A stretch of 64,000 nt of DNA from Methanothermococcus sp. Ax23. Its GTDB lineage: Archaea > AGJL01 > Methanococci > Methanococcales > Methanococcaceae. The notes under the pieces are model-generated. The model saw nothing but the letters and a program-made list of their open reading frames with translations. It was not told the origin of the DNA and made no database searches. The stretch spans positions 1,312,001 to 1,376,000 of the forward strand of contig NZ_CP157522.1 of NCBI RefSeq assembly GCF_049075655.1, in the 5' to 3' direction. Made by a program: the position numbers and the translations under genes. Below, piece by piece: positions 21,866-33,076 of this stretch. Numbering within the stretch: position 1 is the first letter of the stretch; each line of letters starts with the position of its first letter.

Positions 21866-22675
21866 ATGTTCTGCGACCAAAACTATAAATTTGGAGTTCT
21901 TCCAAAAAAGGACGGGTTTATGATAAGAATATCTTTAAAACCGGGATATATTACTTCTAAACAATTAGATGCTATAAGCTATATTGCAAAGCACTATGGC
22001 GAAGATAAAGTCCATATAACAAACCGACAAGGTATGGAATTAAAAATAAGGCATGAACATCTTGAAGATGCAGAAGAACTATTGAATGATGTAGGACTTA
22101 AATTAGGTTCCACTGGGAAGCGTATAAGACAGATTAAATCATGTATTGGAAAAGAATGTCAAAACTCCATTGGAAACTCTATAAGCTTGGCAGAATTATT
22201 GCACAATGAATTTGAAGGAATATGGGTTCCAAAAAAATTAAAAATAAACATAAGTGGCTGTCCAAACGATTGTGCATGGGCTAAATTCTGCGATGTTGGC
22301 ATTATCTTTCGATATACTATGGATATAAACGGTAAGGAGTGTTCAGGTTGTGGAAAATGTGAAGAATTTTGTGAAGTATGTGCAATAGATTGGAAAAATC
22401 AGACAATATCTGAAAAATGTATTGGAACAGGAGAATGTCTTAAACTTTGCGGAGCTCTGGAAGTTAAAGATGAAGTCATGTCAATATATATTGGTGGAAA
22501 AGGGGGGAAATTTCCAAAAATGGGAAAACATATTTTAAATGTTAAAACAGAAGATGAAGTTGTCGATATAGTTGATTTGATAATTGAAAAATATGCAAAA
22601 TATGGAAAAAAAAGAGTATATGATTTAGTTAAAGAATACAATGTTAATACTATTGAAGATATTGAAAATATCTAA
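21866..22675 (+). CDS. Sulfite reductase-like protein (Dsr-LP) with ferredoxin insert
   Basis: TNRQ, SCIGKEC and SGCPNDC siroheme/4Fe-4S motifs; CSGCGKCEEFC. Confidence 0.85.
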   Translation: MFCDQNYKFGVLPKKDGFMIRISLKPGYITSKQLDAISYIAKHYGEDKVHITNRQGMELKIRHEHLEDAEELLNDVGLKLGSTGKRIRQIKSCIGKECQNSIGNSISLAELLHNEFEGIWVPKKLKINISGCPNDCAWAKFCDVGIIFRYTMDINGKECSGCGKCEEFCEVCAIDWKNQTISEKCIGTGECLKLCGALEVKDEVMSIYIGGKGGKFPKMGKHILNVKTEDEVVDIVDLIIEKYAKYGKKRVYDLVKEYNVNTIEDIENI

Positions 22676-22735
22676 AATTACATAATAAAAACTAAGGTGA
22701 TACAAATAAATAATAAAAATAGATAAATGGATTAA

Positions 22736-23998
22736 TTAATCCAACCTGTATCTCAATATTGCAGCAATACCTTTAAATGCTTTATATATCTGGCTTCCTT
22801 CTTCGGTATCTGTTGAGACAATCTTTAAATTTGCCCCTGATTCATCACACAATCTTGCAAAGTATTCAATTATATCCTCTGTTTCATCAATATAGAGCAT
22901 ACCTCCACAGTTTGGACAGGTTTTTGTTTTTAGAGCTTCTTCAACTTTTGGGAGCTCGTCATTTTTTACATTCATTTCCTCTGTGAAATCACAGTTATTA
23001 CATTTTATTGTTATTCTTGACATGTTGATGTTATCTGTAACAATTAGGGTATCCACTGCCCCCATTTGAAGATACTTCATAACCTCTTTTTCACCATATG
23101 CCGCAAGACCACCATCTTCTTTTATGAGCTCCTTGAAGAATTTTTGAACAACTTCCTTTTCCTTCATTAAATCTAAATCCCTTAAAAGACCTGATGCCTT
23201 ATCTAAAAGTTCTCTTACTCCAAATTCCTCAGTATAACATAAATCAAATGTATCTATTACCTTCTTTTTTAACTCATGGTGCAGATAGTCCTTATTTACA
23301 AATTCGTTTTTAGTATTTCCAGGACCTCCAACAAGTATGCCACTTAATTTTTTCTGCTCCAATAGTGGCAAAAACTCCTCATTTGCATACTCTCCAACCC
23401 TTACCATAAACTGATTTGCAGCATCATCTATCAATCTTTCAAGCCTTCTCGCTGACTGACCTCCTGCTCTAAATTTTCCCGGAACACCACTGGTTAATCT
23501 TTTTGCTATTTGGATGTTCTTTCCCTTAACAAGAGCAATTGTAGCTTCGTTTCTGTCAATAAGTATAACTCCGTATATGTCTTTTTCTTGAATAAAGTCC
23601 TCCAATGGCTCTGTGTAAAATTGGGAATCACATCTATATATAAATGTTTTTACAGGTTCAGGGGGTTCTAATACATAGGTTTCCATTTTTTCAGTTCCAG
23701 GACCTCCTCTTGGAATCATCCCTGCAAATATAATTACTCCTTTTTCAAGGGGTTCTTTTAAAAGTTTTAATCTCTGCAATATTACCTCAATTGCTGATTG
23801 AACATTTTTCTTTGTAGTTTTACTTTTGATGTTTGAAGATTGTGAGAGCTCCTCCCTAAGATACTGTCCAACATCAGATAGTCTTTTCCCTGCTGGAATA
23901 TATAAACTGATTAATTCCGTTCCCTTTCCTTTTTTATCTTTCAATTCTTTAAGTGCTTTCTTAAATAGATAAACATCTGTTGCTGAATTTTCGCTCAT
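22736..23998 (-). CDS. prf1: Peptide chain release factor aRF1
   Basis: GTELISLYIP, NIKS, YRCD, GGQS. Confidence 0.97.
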   Translation of the reverse strand: MSENSATDVYLFKKALKELKDKKGKGTELISLYIPAGKRLSDVGQYLREELSQSSNIKSKTTKKNVQSAIEVILQRLKLLKEPLEKGVIIFAGMIPRGGPGTEKMETYVLEPPEPVKTFIYRCDSQFYTEPLEDFIQEKDIYGVILIDRNEATIALVKGKNIQIAKRLTSGVPGKFRAGGQSARRLERLIDDAANQFMVRVGEYANEEFLPLLEQKKLSGILVGGPGNTKNEFVNKDYLHHELKKKVIDTFDLCYTEEFGVRELLDKASGLLRDLDLMKEKEVVQKFFKELIKEDGGLAAYGEKEVMKYLQMGAVDTLIVTDNINMSRITIKCNNCDFTEEMNVKNDELPKVEEALKTKTCPNCGGMLYIDETEDIIEYFARLCDESGANLKIVSTDTEEGSQIYKAFKGIAAILRYRLD

Positions 23999-24327
23999 GA
24001 AATCACCGTGATAATTTGATAATAAATATCTATTGGATTAAATATATAAAATGGTTAATAATAAAAGAGCATATTTATTTAAATATATTATTATAATTTT
24101 AAAATTACCAATGAAGTTTAAAAATAGAAACTATATTTTCAAATTAATATTTAACAATCCTATATTTAGATTAATCATAAGACCACCAATCATTTACTTT
24201 TATTAGTAAAAAATAATATATATAGTTTTGGTATTCACAATTTCGAAAATAATATATAGTTTAATCAAAAGATGAATAAATGATACAATCTTCATAAGTG
24301 TTTTTTATTGTAATTATGGGTGAAATG

Positions 24328-25188
24328 ATGAAAAAAATGATAAAAAAGGCAGTAATACCTGCGGCGGGTTTTGGAACAAGATTATTACCAATTACAAAGG
24401 CTAAACCAAAGGAAATGCTTACGGTTGTGGGAAAACCTATTATACAGTATGTAATCGAAGATTTAGCAGATGCAGGCGTTGATAATATTTTAATAGTTAC
24501 AGGGAAAGGAAAGAGTGCAATAGAGAACCATTTTGATAGAAATTTTGAATTAGAGGATAAATTAAAAAACAACGGAAAACAGGAATTATTGAACATGATT
24601 AGAAAAATTGACAACCTTGCAAATATATATTACACCAGACAGAAAGAACAGAAAGGGCTGGGGGACGCGATAAACTGTGGAAAAGAATTTGTTGGAAAAG
24701 AATATTTTTTGGCGATGGTGGGGGATACAATATACTCTGGAAATGTCGTTAAAAAGATGCTTGAAGCATATAACAAATATAAATGTTCTGTAATTGTGCT
24801 TGAAAGGGTTCCAAAAGAAATGGTTTATAAATATGGTGTAATATCTGGAAAAGAGATTGAAAAAGGCATTTTTGAAATAGATGATTTAGTTGAAAAACCA
24901 GCAGTCGAGGAAGCTCCATCAAATTTAATAATTACTGGTGCCTATCTCCTATCGCCTAAAATTTTCAAACATTTGGAAAATACAAAAGTAGGAAAAGGTG
25001 GGGAAATCCAGCTAACTGATGCTATGAAATCTCTTTTAAGCGAAGAAAAGATAATAGGTGTTGAAATAAATTACAAAAGATATGATATAGGGGATATTGA
25101 AGGATGGTTAAAGGCAAATGTTGAAATTGCATTGGAGGAAATTCCTGGATTTAAAGAGTATTTAAAAGAAATAATCGAAGAAAAATAA
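24328..25188 (+). CDS. galU: UTP-glucose-1-phosphate uridylyltransferase
   Basis: PAAGFGTRLLP..KA.PKEML, VEKP, GEIQLTDA. Confidence 0.93.
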   Translation: MKKMIKKAVIPAAGFGTRLLPITKAKPKEMLTVVGKPIIQYVIEDLADAGVDNILIVTGKGKSAIENHFDRNFELEDKLKNNGKQELLNMIRKIDNLANIYYTRQKEQKGLGDAINCGKEFVGKEYFLAMVGDTIYSGNVVKKMLEAYNKYKCSVIVLERVPKEMVYKYGVISGKEIEKGIFEIDDLVEKPAVEEAPSNLIITGAYLLSPKIFKHLENTKVGKGGEIQLTDAMKSLLSEEKIIGVEINYKRYDIGDIEGWLKANVEIALEEIPGFKEYLKEIIEEK

Positions 25189-25212
25189 ACAGCATTTTTA
25201 TGTGGTGATGGT

Positions 25213-26124
25213 ATGAAAGTTTTAATTACTGGCGGGGCAGGGTTTATTGGAAGCCATATTGTTGATAAATTTTTAGATGATAATTATGAAGTTGTTGTTC
25301 TAGACAACCTAACCACGGGAAATTTAAAAAATCTAGATAATAAAGATATTGAATTTATAAACAAGGACATCTGCGATAATGACCTAAATCTTGAAGGTGT
25401 CGATGTAGTTATACATCACGGAGCTCAGATAAATGTCCGAACATCTGTTGAAAAACCTGTTTATGATGGCAATACAAATGTTTTAGGAACTTTGAATATT
25501 TTGGAAAAAATGAGAAAATACGATGTTAAAAAGATTATATTTGCATCATCAGGGGGAGCAGTATATGGGGAACCACATTATATGCCTGTTGATGAAAAGC
25601 ATCCGGTGGCTCCCATGTCTCCATACGGGCTAAGTAAATTTTGCGGAGAGGAATATATAAAACTGTATAATAGATTATATGGCATAGATTACACAATTTT
25701 GAGATATTCAAATGTATTTGGAGAGAGGCAAGACCCAATGGGAGAGGCGGGAGTAATAAGCATATTTATAGACAAAATCATGAATAACCAAAGACCTACA
25801 ATATTTGGAGATGGAAATCAAACAAGAGATTTTGTTTATGTTGGAGATGTGGCAAATGCAAATTTAATGGCACTAAATTGGAAGAATGAAATTGTAAATA
25901 TAGGAACTGGAAAAGAAACATCTGTTAATGAACTATATGAGGTAATCGCAAAGGAATTAAACTATAAGGACAAACCAATATATGACAAACCAAGAGAGGG
26001 AGAGGTTTATAGAATATCATTAAATATAAACAAGGCGGAAGAATTGGGATGGAAACCATCTGTGGATTTAAAAGAAGGTATTAAAAGAACTGTTGAATGG
26101 ATGAAAGGCCTAAAAAGTTTATAA
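25213..26124 (+). CDS. galE: UDP-glucose 4-epimerase
   Basis: TGGAGFIG, SSGGAVYG, YGLSK. Confidence 0.85.
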   Translation: MKVLITGGAGFIGSHIVDKFLDDNYEVVVLDNLTTGNLKNLDNKDIEFINKDICDNDLNLEGVDVVIHHGAQINVRTSVEKPVYDGNTNVLGTLNILEKMRKYDVKKIIFASSGGAVYGEPHYMPVDEKHPVAPMSPYGLSKFCGEEYIKLYNRLYGIDYTILRYSNVFGERQDPMGEAGVISIFIDKIMNNQRPTIFGDGNQTRDFVYVGDVANANLMALNWKNEIVNIGTGKETSVNELYEVIAKELNYKDKPIYDKPREGEVYRISLNINKAEELGWKPSVDLKEGIKRTVEWMKGLKSL

Positions 26125-26162
26125 AAAGGTTATAATATAATATCTATCAATTTGGTGATAAT

Positions 26163-28868
26163 ATGAAAATATCAGTAATTGGAACAGGATATGTTGGATT
26201 AATTCAAAGTGTAGGTTTGGCAGAGTTTGGATTTGATGTAGTGGGTATAGATATAGACGAAACTAAGGTAAAACATCTCAATGGGGGTAAATGTCCATTG
26301 TATGAAGATGGGTTAGAGGAACTCCTGCAAAAACATGTTGGAAATAAATTGAAATTTACAACATCCTACGATGAAATAAAAGATTCAGATGTTATATTTT
26401 TATGTGTGGGAACTCCGCAGGATGATGAAGGAAATGCAGATTTAAGATTTATATATTCGGCAACCGAATCCATTAAAAACCAGTTGGATGATAGCTATAA
26501 GATTTTAGTTATAAAATCCACCGTGCCCATTGGAACAAATAGGAATATTAAGGAATTATTAAAAGATTATAATGTTGATGTAGTTTCAAACCCAGAATTT
26601 TTAAGAGAGGGGATTGCAGTTTATGACTTTTTTAATCCTGAAAGAATTGTATTAGGATTTGAAAATTTAAACAATGAAAAACCAATAGACATTATGAAAG
26701 AGATATATAGTCATTTTGATAATAATATTCCATTTATAATTACAGATTGGGAAAGTGCTGAGATGATAAAATACGCATCCAACGCATTTTTGGCAACCAA
26801 AATTTCCTTTGTAAATGAGCTCTCAAAATTAGCTGATAAAGTTGGTGCAGATATAAAAACCATAAGTGAGGCTATGGGAATTGATAAAAGGATTGGAAAC
26901 AAGTTTTTAAACGCTGGAATCGGATATGGCGGGAGCTGTTTCCATCCTGATGAAGTGTTATTTGTGGATTTTGGAAAAGGTTTAGAGTGCATGACATTTA
27001 AGGAGTTATTTGATGAGCTCAGTAAAGACAGTAATAGGATGGTAAAAATATTATCCATTGATGAAAATTTGAAATTGGATTTGGTGGATTTAAAATTGAT
27101 TACAAAAAGGGATTATTCCGATGATTTAATTGTTTTAAAAACGTCGATGGGAAGGGAGCTAAAAATAACAAAAGACCATCCTGTTGTTGTGATGAATGAA
27201 AATAAATTAAACATTAAATTAGCGGAAGATATTAAAGAAGGGGATGAAATAGCACTACCTAATGGAGAATTTAATAACAATAATAATATAATTACAATCG
27301 ATGTTTTAGAAGAAATAAAAAATACTCCATTAATTGAAAACACTTATTTAAATAATAAAGATATGGTGTTGAATGAGTTTGAGAATATAAGAACTCATTT
27401 ATCAAATAAATATGTTCATGATGTAAAGAAGAATGGGACTGTAAGAGCAAAGGATATGCTACCATTAAGAAACTTGTTAAATAAATACAATTATAATTCA
27501 AATAGGTTATTCACTGTAAGAAGCAAATCTACAACAATCCCCTCTAAAATTAAAATAGATAAAGATTTTGCTCGGCTTATTGGATATTATTTAGCGGAAG
27601 GTTGGATTTCGGAGGACAATGGAAGAAATAGAGTTAATAGAAAAAGAATTAGTTTTTCATTCGGAGGTCATGAGGATGAATATATTAACGATGTTAAAAA
27701 TATATTGAGTAAATTGGATATAAATTATATTGAAAAAGTTGGGAATGGTTCTCATTCTATAGTAATATCTTCAAAATTGTTAGCATATATCTTTGAAGAG
27801 GTATTAAAATGTGGAAACAATTGCTATAATAAACAAATACCACCACAAATATTCAATTCACCAGAGGATATTAAATGGGAGTTTTTAAAAGGTATTTTAA
27901 GAGGAGATGGAGGCATAGTTAGGTTGAACAATAATAAAAATTTAAATATCGAATATGGAACGGTAAGCAAAAAATTAGCAAATTCCCTAATGATATTATT
28001 GCAATCTTTTGGCATTACAACATCATTAAAAAGATGCTACAACAACAAAAGCACAGTATTAACCTATATCATAAGAATAAACGGATTAAACCAAGTCAAA
28101 AAAATCGGAGAATTGTTTGGAGAAAAGTGGAATAACTATAAAGAAATCGCAGATAATTATCAAAGAAATATAAAACCTACGGGCTATAAAAAGTTCGACA
28201 ATTATGCAACATTAAAGGTTAAATCTATTGAAAGAGAACATTACAATGAAGAAGTTTATAGTGTGGAAACAGACAATAATTTATTAATATCATCTTATGG
28301 AATGTTAATTCATAACTGCTTCCCAAAAGACGTCAAAGCGCTGATAAAACAGTTTGAAAACAATAATATATCTCCAAAATTAGTTAAAGCGACAGATGAA
28401 GTAAATGAAGAGCAAATATGCTGGTTTTTCAATAAAATTAAAAATTATTATAATGGTAATTTAAATCAAAAAACTTTTGCAGTTCTTGGATTGGCATTTA
28501 AACCCAATACTGATGATTTAAGGGAAAGTAGGGGAATAAAATTAATCGATTTATTATTGAAAAGCGGAGCAATAGTTAAGGGCTTTGATTATGTTGAAAA
28601 AGCAAGAGAAAATACCATCAACAGATATAAATTGGATAAATCAAAAGCATTTTATGGATATAATTTATATGTATTGGATGATTTATACGAAACCGTAAAA
28701 GATGCTGATGCAATTATAATAACCACAGAATATGATTTTAATAATGAAGATTGGGAAATGATAAAGAAGCTAGTTAAAAATAAAACCATATTTGATGGTA
28801 GGAATATCCTAAATGCCGATAAAATAAAAAAATTGGGATTTGAATATTATGGGGTTGGTAGGAAATGA
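26163..28868 (+). CDS. ugd: UDP-glucose 6-dehydrogenase containing an intein
   Basis: GTGYVG, NPEFLREG, GYGGS|C...HN|CFPKD, FKPNTDD. Confidence 0.95.
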   Translation: MKISVIGTGYVGLIQSVGLAEFGFDVVGIDIDETKVKHLNGGKCPLYEDGLEELLQKHVGNKLKFTTSYDEIKDSDVIFLCVGTPQDDEGNADLRFIYSATESIKNQLDDSYKILVIKSTVPIGTNRNIKELLKDYNVDVVSNPEFLREGIAVYDFFNPERIVLGFENLNNEKPIDIMKEIYSHFDNNIPFIITDWESAEMIKYASNAFLATKISFVNELSKLADKVGADIKTISEAMGIDKRIGNKFLNAGIGYGGSCFHPDEVLFVDFGKGLECMTFKELFDELSKDSNRMVKILSIDENLKLDLVDLKLITKRDYSDDLIVLKTSMGRELKITKDHPVVVMNENKLNIKLAEDIKEGDEIALPNGEFNNNNNIITIDVLEEIKNTPLIENTYLNNKDMVLNEFENIRTHLSNKYVHDVKKNGTVRAKDMLPLRNLLNKYNYNSNRLFTVRSKSTTIPSKIKIDKDFARLIGYYLAEGWISEDNGRNRVNRKRISFSFGGHEDEYINDVKNILSKLDINYIEKVGNGSHSIVISSKLLAYIFEEVLKCGNNCYNKQIPPQIFNSPEDIKWEFLKGILRGDGGIVRLNNNKNLNIEYGTVSKKLANSLMILLQSFGITTSLKRCYNNKSTVLTYIIRINGLNQVKKIGELFGEKWNNYKEIADNYQRNIKPTGYKKFDNYATLKVKSIEREHYNEEVYSVETDNNLLISSYGMLIHNCFPKDVKALIKQFENNNISPKLVKATDEVNEEQICWFFNKIKNYYNGNLNQKTFAVLGLAFKPNTDDLRESRGIKLIDLLLKSGAIVKGFDYVEKARENTINRYKLDKSKAFYGYNLYVLDDLYETVKDADAIIITTEYDFNNEDWEMIKKLVKNKTIFDGRNILNADKIKKLGFEYYGVGRK
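26937..28316 (+). mobile_element. Intein (460 aa) with LAGLIDADG homing endonuclease
   Basis: Starts CFHPDE, block B TKDHP, LIGYYLAEG and FLKGILRGDG, ends IHN before the catalytic Cys. Confidence 0.95.
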
Positions 28869-29845
28869 AATATAAGAATATTTTGATAACAGGAAGTGCG
28901 GGATTTATTGGATTTCATTTAAGCAAATATTTATTAGATAATTATAATAATGTCCAAGTCATTGGGATTGATAATCTAAATAATTACTACAATCCCCTTT
29001 TAAAGGAAAAGAGAAATGATATCTTAAAAAATTATGAAAATTACAATTTTATTAAAATGGATTTTTCCAACTGGGATGATTTAGTTAATAATTTAGATGA
29101 TAAGGATATCGATTTAATCGTTCATCTCGGAGCTCAGGCAGGTGTGAGATACTCATTAGAAAATCCATGGGCTTATGAATCATCAAATTTATTGGGAACA
29201 TTGAATATATATGAGCTCGCTAGAAAGTTTGATATAGAAAAGGTTGTTTATGCTTCGTCATCATCAGTATATGGTGGGAACAAAAAGATTCCATTCAGTG
29301 AAGATGATAATGTAGATAAGCCTGTTTCACTATATGCCGCAACAAAAAAATCAAATGAATTAATGGCACATACATACCACCATTTATACAACATAAAAAT
29401 GATAGGATTAAGATTTTTTACAGTTTATGGAGAATATGGAAGACCTGACATGGCATATTTTAAATTTGTAAAAAAAATATTATCAAATGAACCTATTGAC
29501 ATATATAACTATGGAAATATGGAAAGAGATTTTACCTATATATCCGATGTTGTAGATGGAATAGTTTCATCTATTGAAAAGGATTTTGATTATGAAATTT
29601 TTAATTTAGGGAACTCCAAACCTGTTAAGTTAATGTATTTTGTAGAGCTCATAGAAAAATACCTTAACAAAAAGGCGGAAAAGAATTTTTTACCTATGCA
29701 GGATGGGGATGTTTTAAGAACTTATGCGGATTTAAACAAAAGCAACGAGCTGTTGGGATATAATCCGAAGGTTTCTATTGAAGAAGGGTTGAAAAGGTTT
29801 TGTAATTGGTTTTTAGATAATAAAGAATGGCTGTTAAAATTATAA
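28865..29845 (+). CDS. NDP-sugar epimerase (UDP-glucuronate 4-epimerase-like)
   Basis: GSAGFIG, AQAGVRYS, YAATKK, GRPDMAY. Confidence 0.9.
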   Translation: MKYKNILITGSAGFIGFHLSKYLLDNYNNVQVIGIDNLNNYYNPLLKEKRNDILKNYENYNFIKMDFSNWDDLVNNLDDKDIDLIVHLGAQAGVRYSLENPWAYESSNLLGTLNIYELARKFDIEKVVYASSSSVYGGNKKIPFSEDDNVDKPVSLYAATKKSNELMAHTYHHLYNIKMIGLRFFTVYGEYGRPDMAYFKFVKKILSNEPIDIYNYGNMERDFTYISDVVDGIVSSIEKDFDYEIFNLGNSKPVKLMYFVELIEKYLNKKAEKNFLPMQDGDVLRTYADLNKSNELLGYNPKVSIEEGLKRFCNWFLDNKEWLLKL

Positions 29846-29867
29846 TTTATTAGATATTGGTGCTATA

Positions 29868-31832
29868 ATGTGCGGAATCAATGGGGTAATTAGATTTAAT
29901 GAAGATATTTCAAAGGATGAGCTCGAATCAATGAATAAGTCCATAAAACATAGAGGTCCTGATGATAATGGCATTTATATATTTAATTCCAAAAACCTTC
30001 GGTTTTTGTCCCCTGAAGGTTCCAAAAATTATTCCGTTGGATTGGGGCACGTGAGGTTGTCAATTTTAGATTTATCTGAAAAAGGACATCAACCTATAGG
30101 GTATGGTATTGAAGATGATAAAATTATATATAATGATAATGAGTTAGATGATGCCGATATAATTATCGTCTATAACGGTGAAGTTTATAATTATTTGGAA
30201 TTAAAGGAAAAATATGATTTAAATACTGAAACAGGAACTGATACAGAAGTTATTTTAAAGTTATATTATAAATTGGGCTTTGATTGTGTAAAAGAATTTA
30301 ATGGGATGTGGGCGTTTTGTATCTTCGATAAAAGGAAAAATTTAATTTTTTGTTCAAGGGATAGGTTGGGGCAAAAACCGTTTTATTATTATTTTAATGA
30401 AAATACTAATGAATTTATTTTCTCTTCTGAATTAAAGGGGATAATATCTGTTAAAGACATAAATAAAAAGGAAAATATTAACAAAGATGCCGTTAATCTA
30501 TATTTTGCACTTGGATTTATCCCATCCCCCCATTCAATTTACAAGAATGTTTTTAAATTAGAAGCCAGGCAAAATTTAATATTTGATTTAAATAGTAAAG
30601 AAATTAAAAAGAATTACTATTGGGAGCTCCCAAATTATAATCCAATTTATGATAAAAATAAATTAATTGAAGAAGGTAAAAAACTACTTTATGATGCCGT
30701 TAAACTAAGAATGCGTTCAGATGTTCCAGTTGGAGCATTTTTAAGTGGTGGTTTGGATAGCTCTTCTGTTGTTGGAATTATGAGTAAATACACTGATTTA
30801 AAAAACCTACATACTTTTTCCATAGGCTTCGAAGGAAAATATGATGAAACACCATATATAAATGTAGTTAAGGATTATTTTAAAACAAATCACCATCATT
30901 ATTATTTTAAAGAGGAGGATTTTGTAGAGCTCATTGATAAATACGGCTGGATTTATGATGAGCCATTTGGTGATTACAGTGGATTTCCAACATATAAAGT
31001 TTCTGAGATGGCAAAACAATTTGTAAGTGTTTCATTAAGTGGTGATGGAGGAGATGAAATTTTTGGAGGCTATCGATTTCATCTGATTAGTAAAAGAATA
31101 GAATATTTAAAAAAAATCCCTGTATCAGTTAGAAAGATATTTTTAAACATGTTGAGTAATAATTTACTAAAAAAAAATTCCATATTGTATTTAATTAGAG
31201 AAGCAGTTAAATTATCCCTAATTGAAAATAATGAAAAATTTTACTCAGAATTATTCGATGGAGATTTTATTATTTCCGATGAGGGCAAAAGTTGGATAGA
31301 AAAAAATTTAAAATACTGCTTAAATAAAACAGATAATAATTTATCTGAATCCCTTAGAATTTTTGATTTATTATTTAGAACATTATCTGATAATTTTTTA
31401 GTTAAGGTGGATAGGGCATCGATGGCAAATGCATTAGAGGTTAGAAGTCCCTTTTTAGATTACAGATTTGCAGAATTTAGTCAAAAAATCCCAACAGAAT
31501 TTAAAGTCGATTTCTTTAAAACAAAAAAATTAATGAGGGAAATTATTAAGGATATTTTGCCAGATGAGATAGTTAATAGAGGAAAGGGAGGTTTTGAACC
31601 GCCATTGGATATGTGGATTTTGAATGAAAAATATGATAGTATTTTGGAAAATGGAATTGCTATTTTAGAAGACATTGGGTTGGAGCAGTTGGTTAAATTT
31701 TATAAAACTAAAATCTTTATGTCAAATCAAAGATTTGTCAAACCAAAGGTAAAGAAAAATAATAAGCTTTATAGTATTTACAAGATTAGGTTGTTTTTGT
31801 TTGCTAAATGGTGGGAGAGATGGATAAGGTAA
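29868..31832 (+). CDS. asnB: Asparagine synthase-like glutamine amidotransferase (probably glycan amidation)
   Basis: MCGI, HRGPD, LSGGLDSS, SGDGGDE, EVRSPFLD; lies in a glycan locus. Confidence 0.9.
   Translation: MCGINGVIRFNEDISKDELESMNKSIKHRGPDDNGIYIFNSKNLRFLSPEGSKNYSVGLGHVRLSILDLSEKGHQPIGYGIEDDKIIYNDNELDDADIIIVYNGEVYNYLELKEKYDLNTETGTDTEVILKLYYKLGFDCVKEFNGMWAFCIFDKRKNLIFCSRDRLGQKPFYYYFNENTNEFIFSSELKGIISVKDINKKENINKDAVNLYFALGFIPSPHSIYKNVFKLEARQNLIFDLNSKEIKKNYYWELPNYNPIYDKNKLIEEGKKLLYDAVKLRMRSDVPVGAFLSGGLDSSSVVGIMSKYTDLKNLHTFSIGFEGKYDETPYINVVKDYFKTNHHHYYFKEEDFVELIDKYGWIYDEPFGDYSGFPTYKVSEMAKQFVSVSLSGDGGDEIFGGYRFHLISKRIEYLKKIPVSVRKIFLNMLSNNLLKKNSILYLIREAVKLSLIENNEKFYSELFDGDFIISDEGKSWIEKNLKYCLNKTDNNLSESLRIFDLLFRTLSDNFLVKVDRASMANALEVRSPFLDYRFAEFSQKIPTEFKVDFFKTKKLMREIIKDILPDEIVNRGKGGFEPPLDMWILNEKYDSILENGIAILEDIGLEQLVKFYKTKIFMSNQRFVKPKVKKNNKLYSIYKIRLFLFAKWWERWIR
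29987..30028. repeat. 33 nt in-frame hairpin insertion in asnB
   Basis: CAAAAACC-TTC-GGTTTTTG between two TTCCAAAAA copies 33 nt apart. Confidence 0.65.
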
Positions 31833-33076
31833 TTTGTAAAAGTTATAAATCACTAAACGGAGAATCAAAAATAGTGATTATAAATAAAAATTGTCCATAC
31901 AGTTCTAAAAACACAAATGTGTCAAGAATTCACTTAATAGGACATATTGTTGATGAAATAATATCGTTAAGTATCACAATTTTCCGAAGAGTTTTAAAAT
32001 ATATCTATACCCCACAAGAAATAGAACAAAATAATATATTAATATTTAAACAAGATAGATTAGGTGATTTAGCAATAACAATTCCATTATTGGCGGTTTT
32101 AAAAGAAAAATTTCCAAATTATAATATCATATTGATAACTAGTCCATCGAATTACGAATTAGCAAAAAAAATACCTTATGTTGATAAAATAATTCCTTTA
32201 AGTAATAAAAATATGTGCATTGATTATAAAGAGATGTCAAAAATAACAAAAAGAATTAGTAGTTTCTATAAATTTATGAAATATGATTTAAAAGACCATA
32301 TAAACGTTTTAAAATATTATTCCAATAGTAAATATGGAATTGATCTAGTTGGCAGGAGAAGAAATGCGTTAATCATGAAAATTCTAAAAATTAAAAAAAT
32401 CTGTGGTTTTGAACTTTCTCCATTTAGTTTTTTGTATGATTTTAAGATACAATATACTGAGGATGAAAATATTATCTTGCAATTTTTAAAATTCTTAGAT
32501 GCCTTTAATATGCACAATGATGATGACTTAAATATCAATAGTCTTACATTAAATGGATTTAAATGCCTAAAAACAGGTAAAACCGATAAAAAAATAGCAG
32601 GTGTCCATTTAGGATTCGGCGGGGAAAAATGTCGTAATTGGGGACTAGATAATTTTTTGGCATTGGTTAATAGGTTGATAGATAATAATTATTATGTAAA
32701 AATATACTATACTATTCATGAAAAAAATGAATTTGAATATCTATATAACAAATTAAAACATGAAAATAATGTAAAATACATATTTTGTCATAATTTAGAT
32801 ATATTTTTGCAAGAACTTGGGGATATTGATGTATATGTGGGCATAGATGGAGGACCTTCCCATATTGTTGATATATTGGGAATTCCAAATATCATACTTT
32901 TTTCTAGGGAAAATCCACTTAAATGGGGCTCATTTATGAGTAAATCCACAATTATAAAAGGAATTATTGAAAACTGTGAAAATAGGGTGTGTGGTAAGAA
33001 TATATGTATAAAGACCATTACACCAGAACTTGTATTTAACGAGATTAAAAACATTGTTGGTGAGAAAGATGAATAA
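31808..33076 (+). CDS. Glycosyltransferase family 9 (heptosyltransferase-like)
   Basis: DRLGDLAIT.P, RNW...F, GIDGGPSH, C-terminal C..R.C...C. Confidence 0.85.
   Translation: MVGEMDKVICKSYKSLNGESKIVIINKNCPYSSKNTNVSRIHLIGHIVDEIISLSITIFRRVLKYIYTPQEIEQNNILIFKQDRLGDLAITIPLLAVLKEKFPNYNIILITSPSNYELAKKIPYVDKIIPLSNKNMCIDYKEMSKITKRISSFYKFMKYDLKDHINVLKYYSNSKYGIDLVGRRRNALIMKILKIKKICGFELSPFSFLYDFKIQYTEDENIILQFLKFLDAFNMHNDDDLNINSLTLNGFKCLKTGKTDKKIAGVHLGFGGEKCRNWGLDNFLALVNRLIDNNYYVKIYYTIHEKNEFEYLYNKLKHENNVKYIFCHNLDIFLQELGDIDVYVGIDGGPSHIVDILGIPNIILFSRENPLKWGSFMSKSTIIKGIIENCENRVCGKNICIKTITPELVFNEIKNIVGEKDE

Noticed and set aside
24208-24262. Repeated AAAATAATATATAGTTT upstream of galU
   Set aside because: Probably tandem TATA boxes or low-complexity chance; not enough support for an operator
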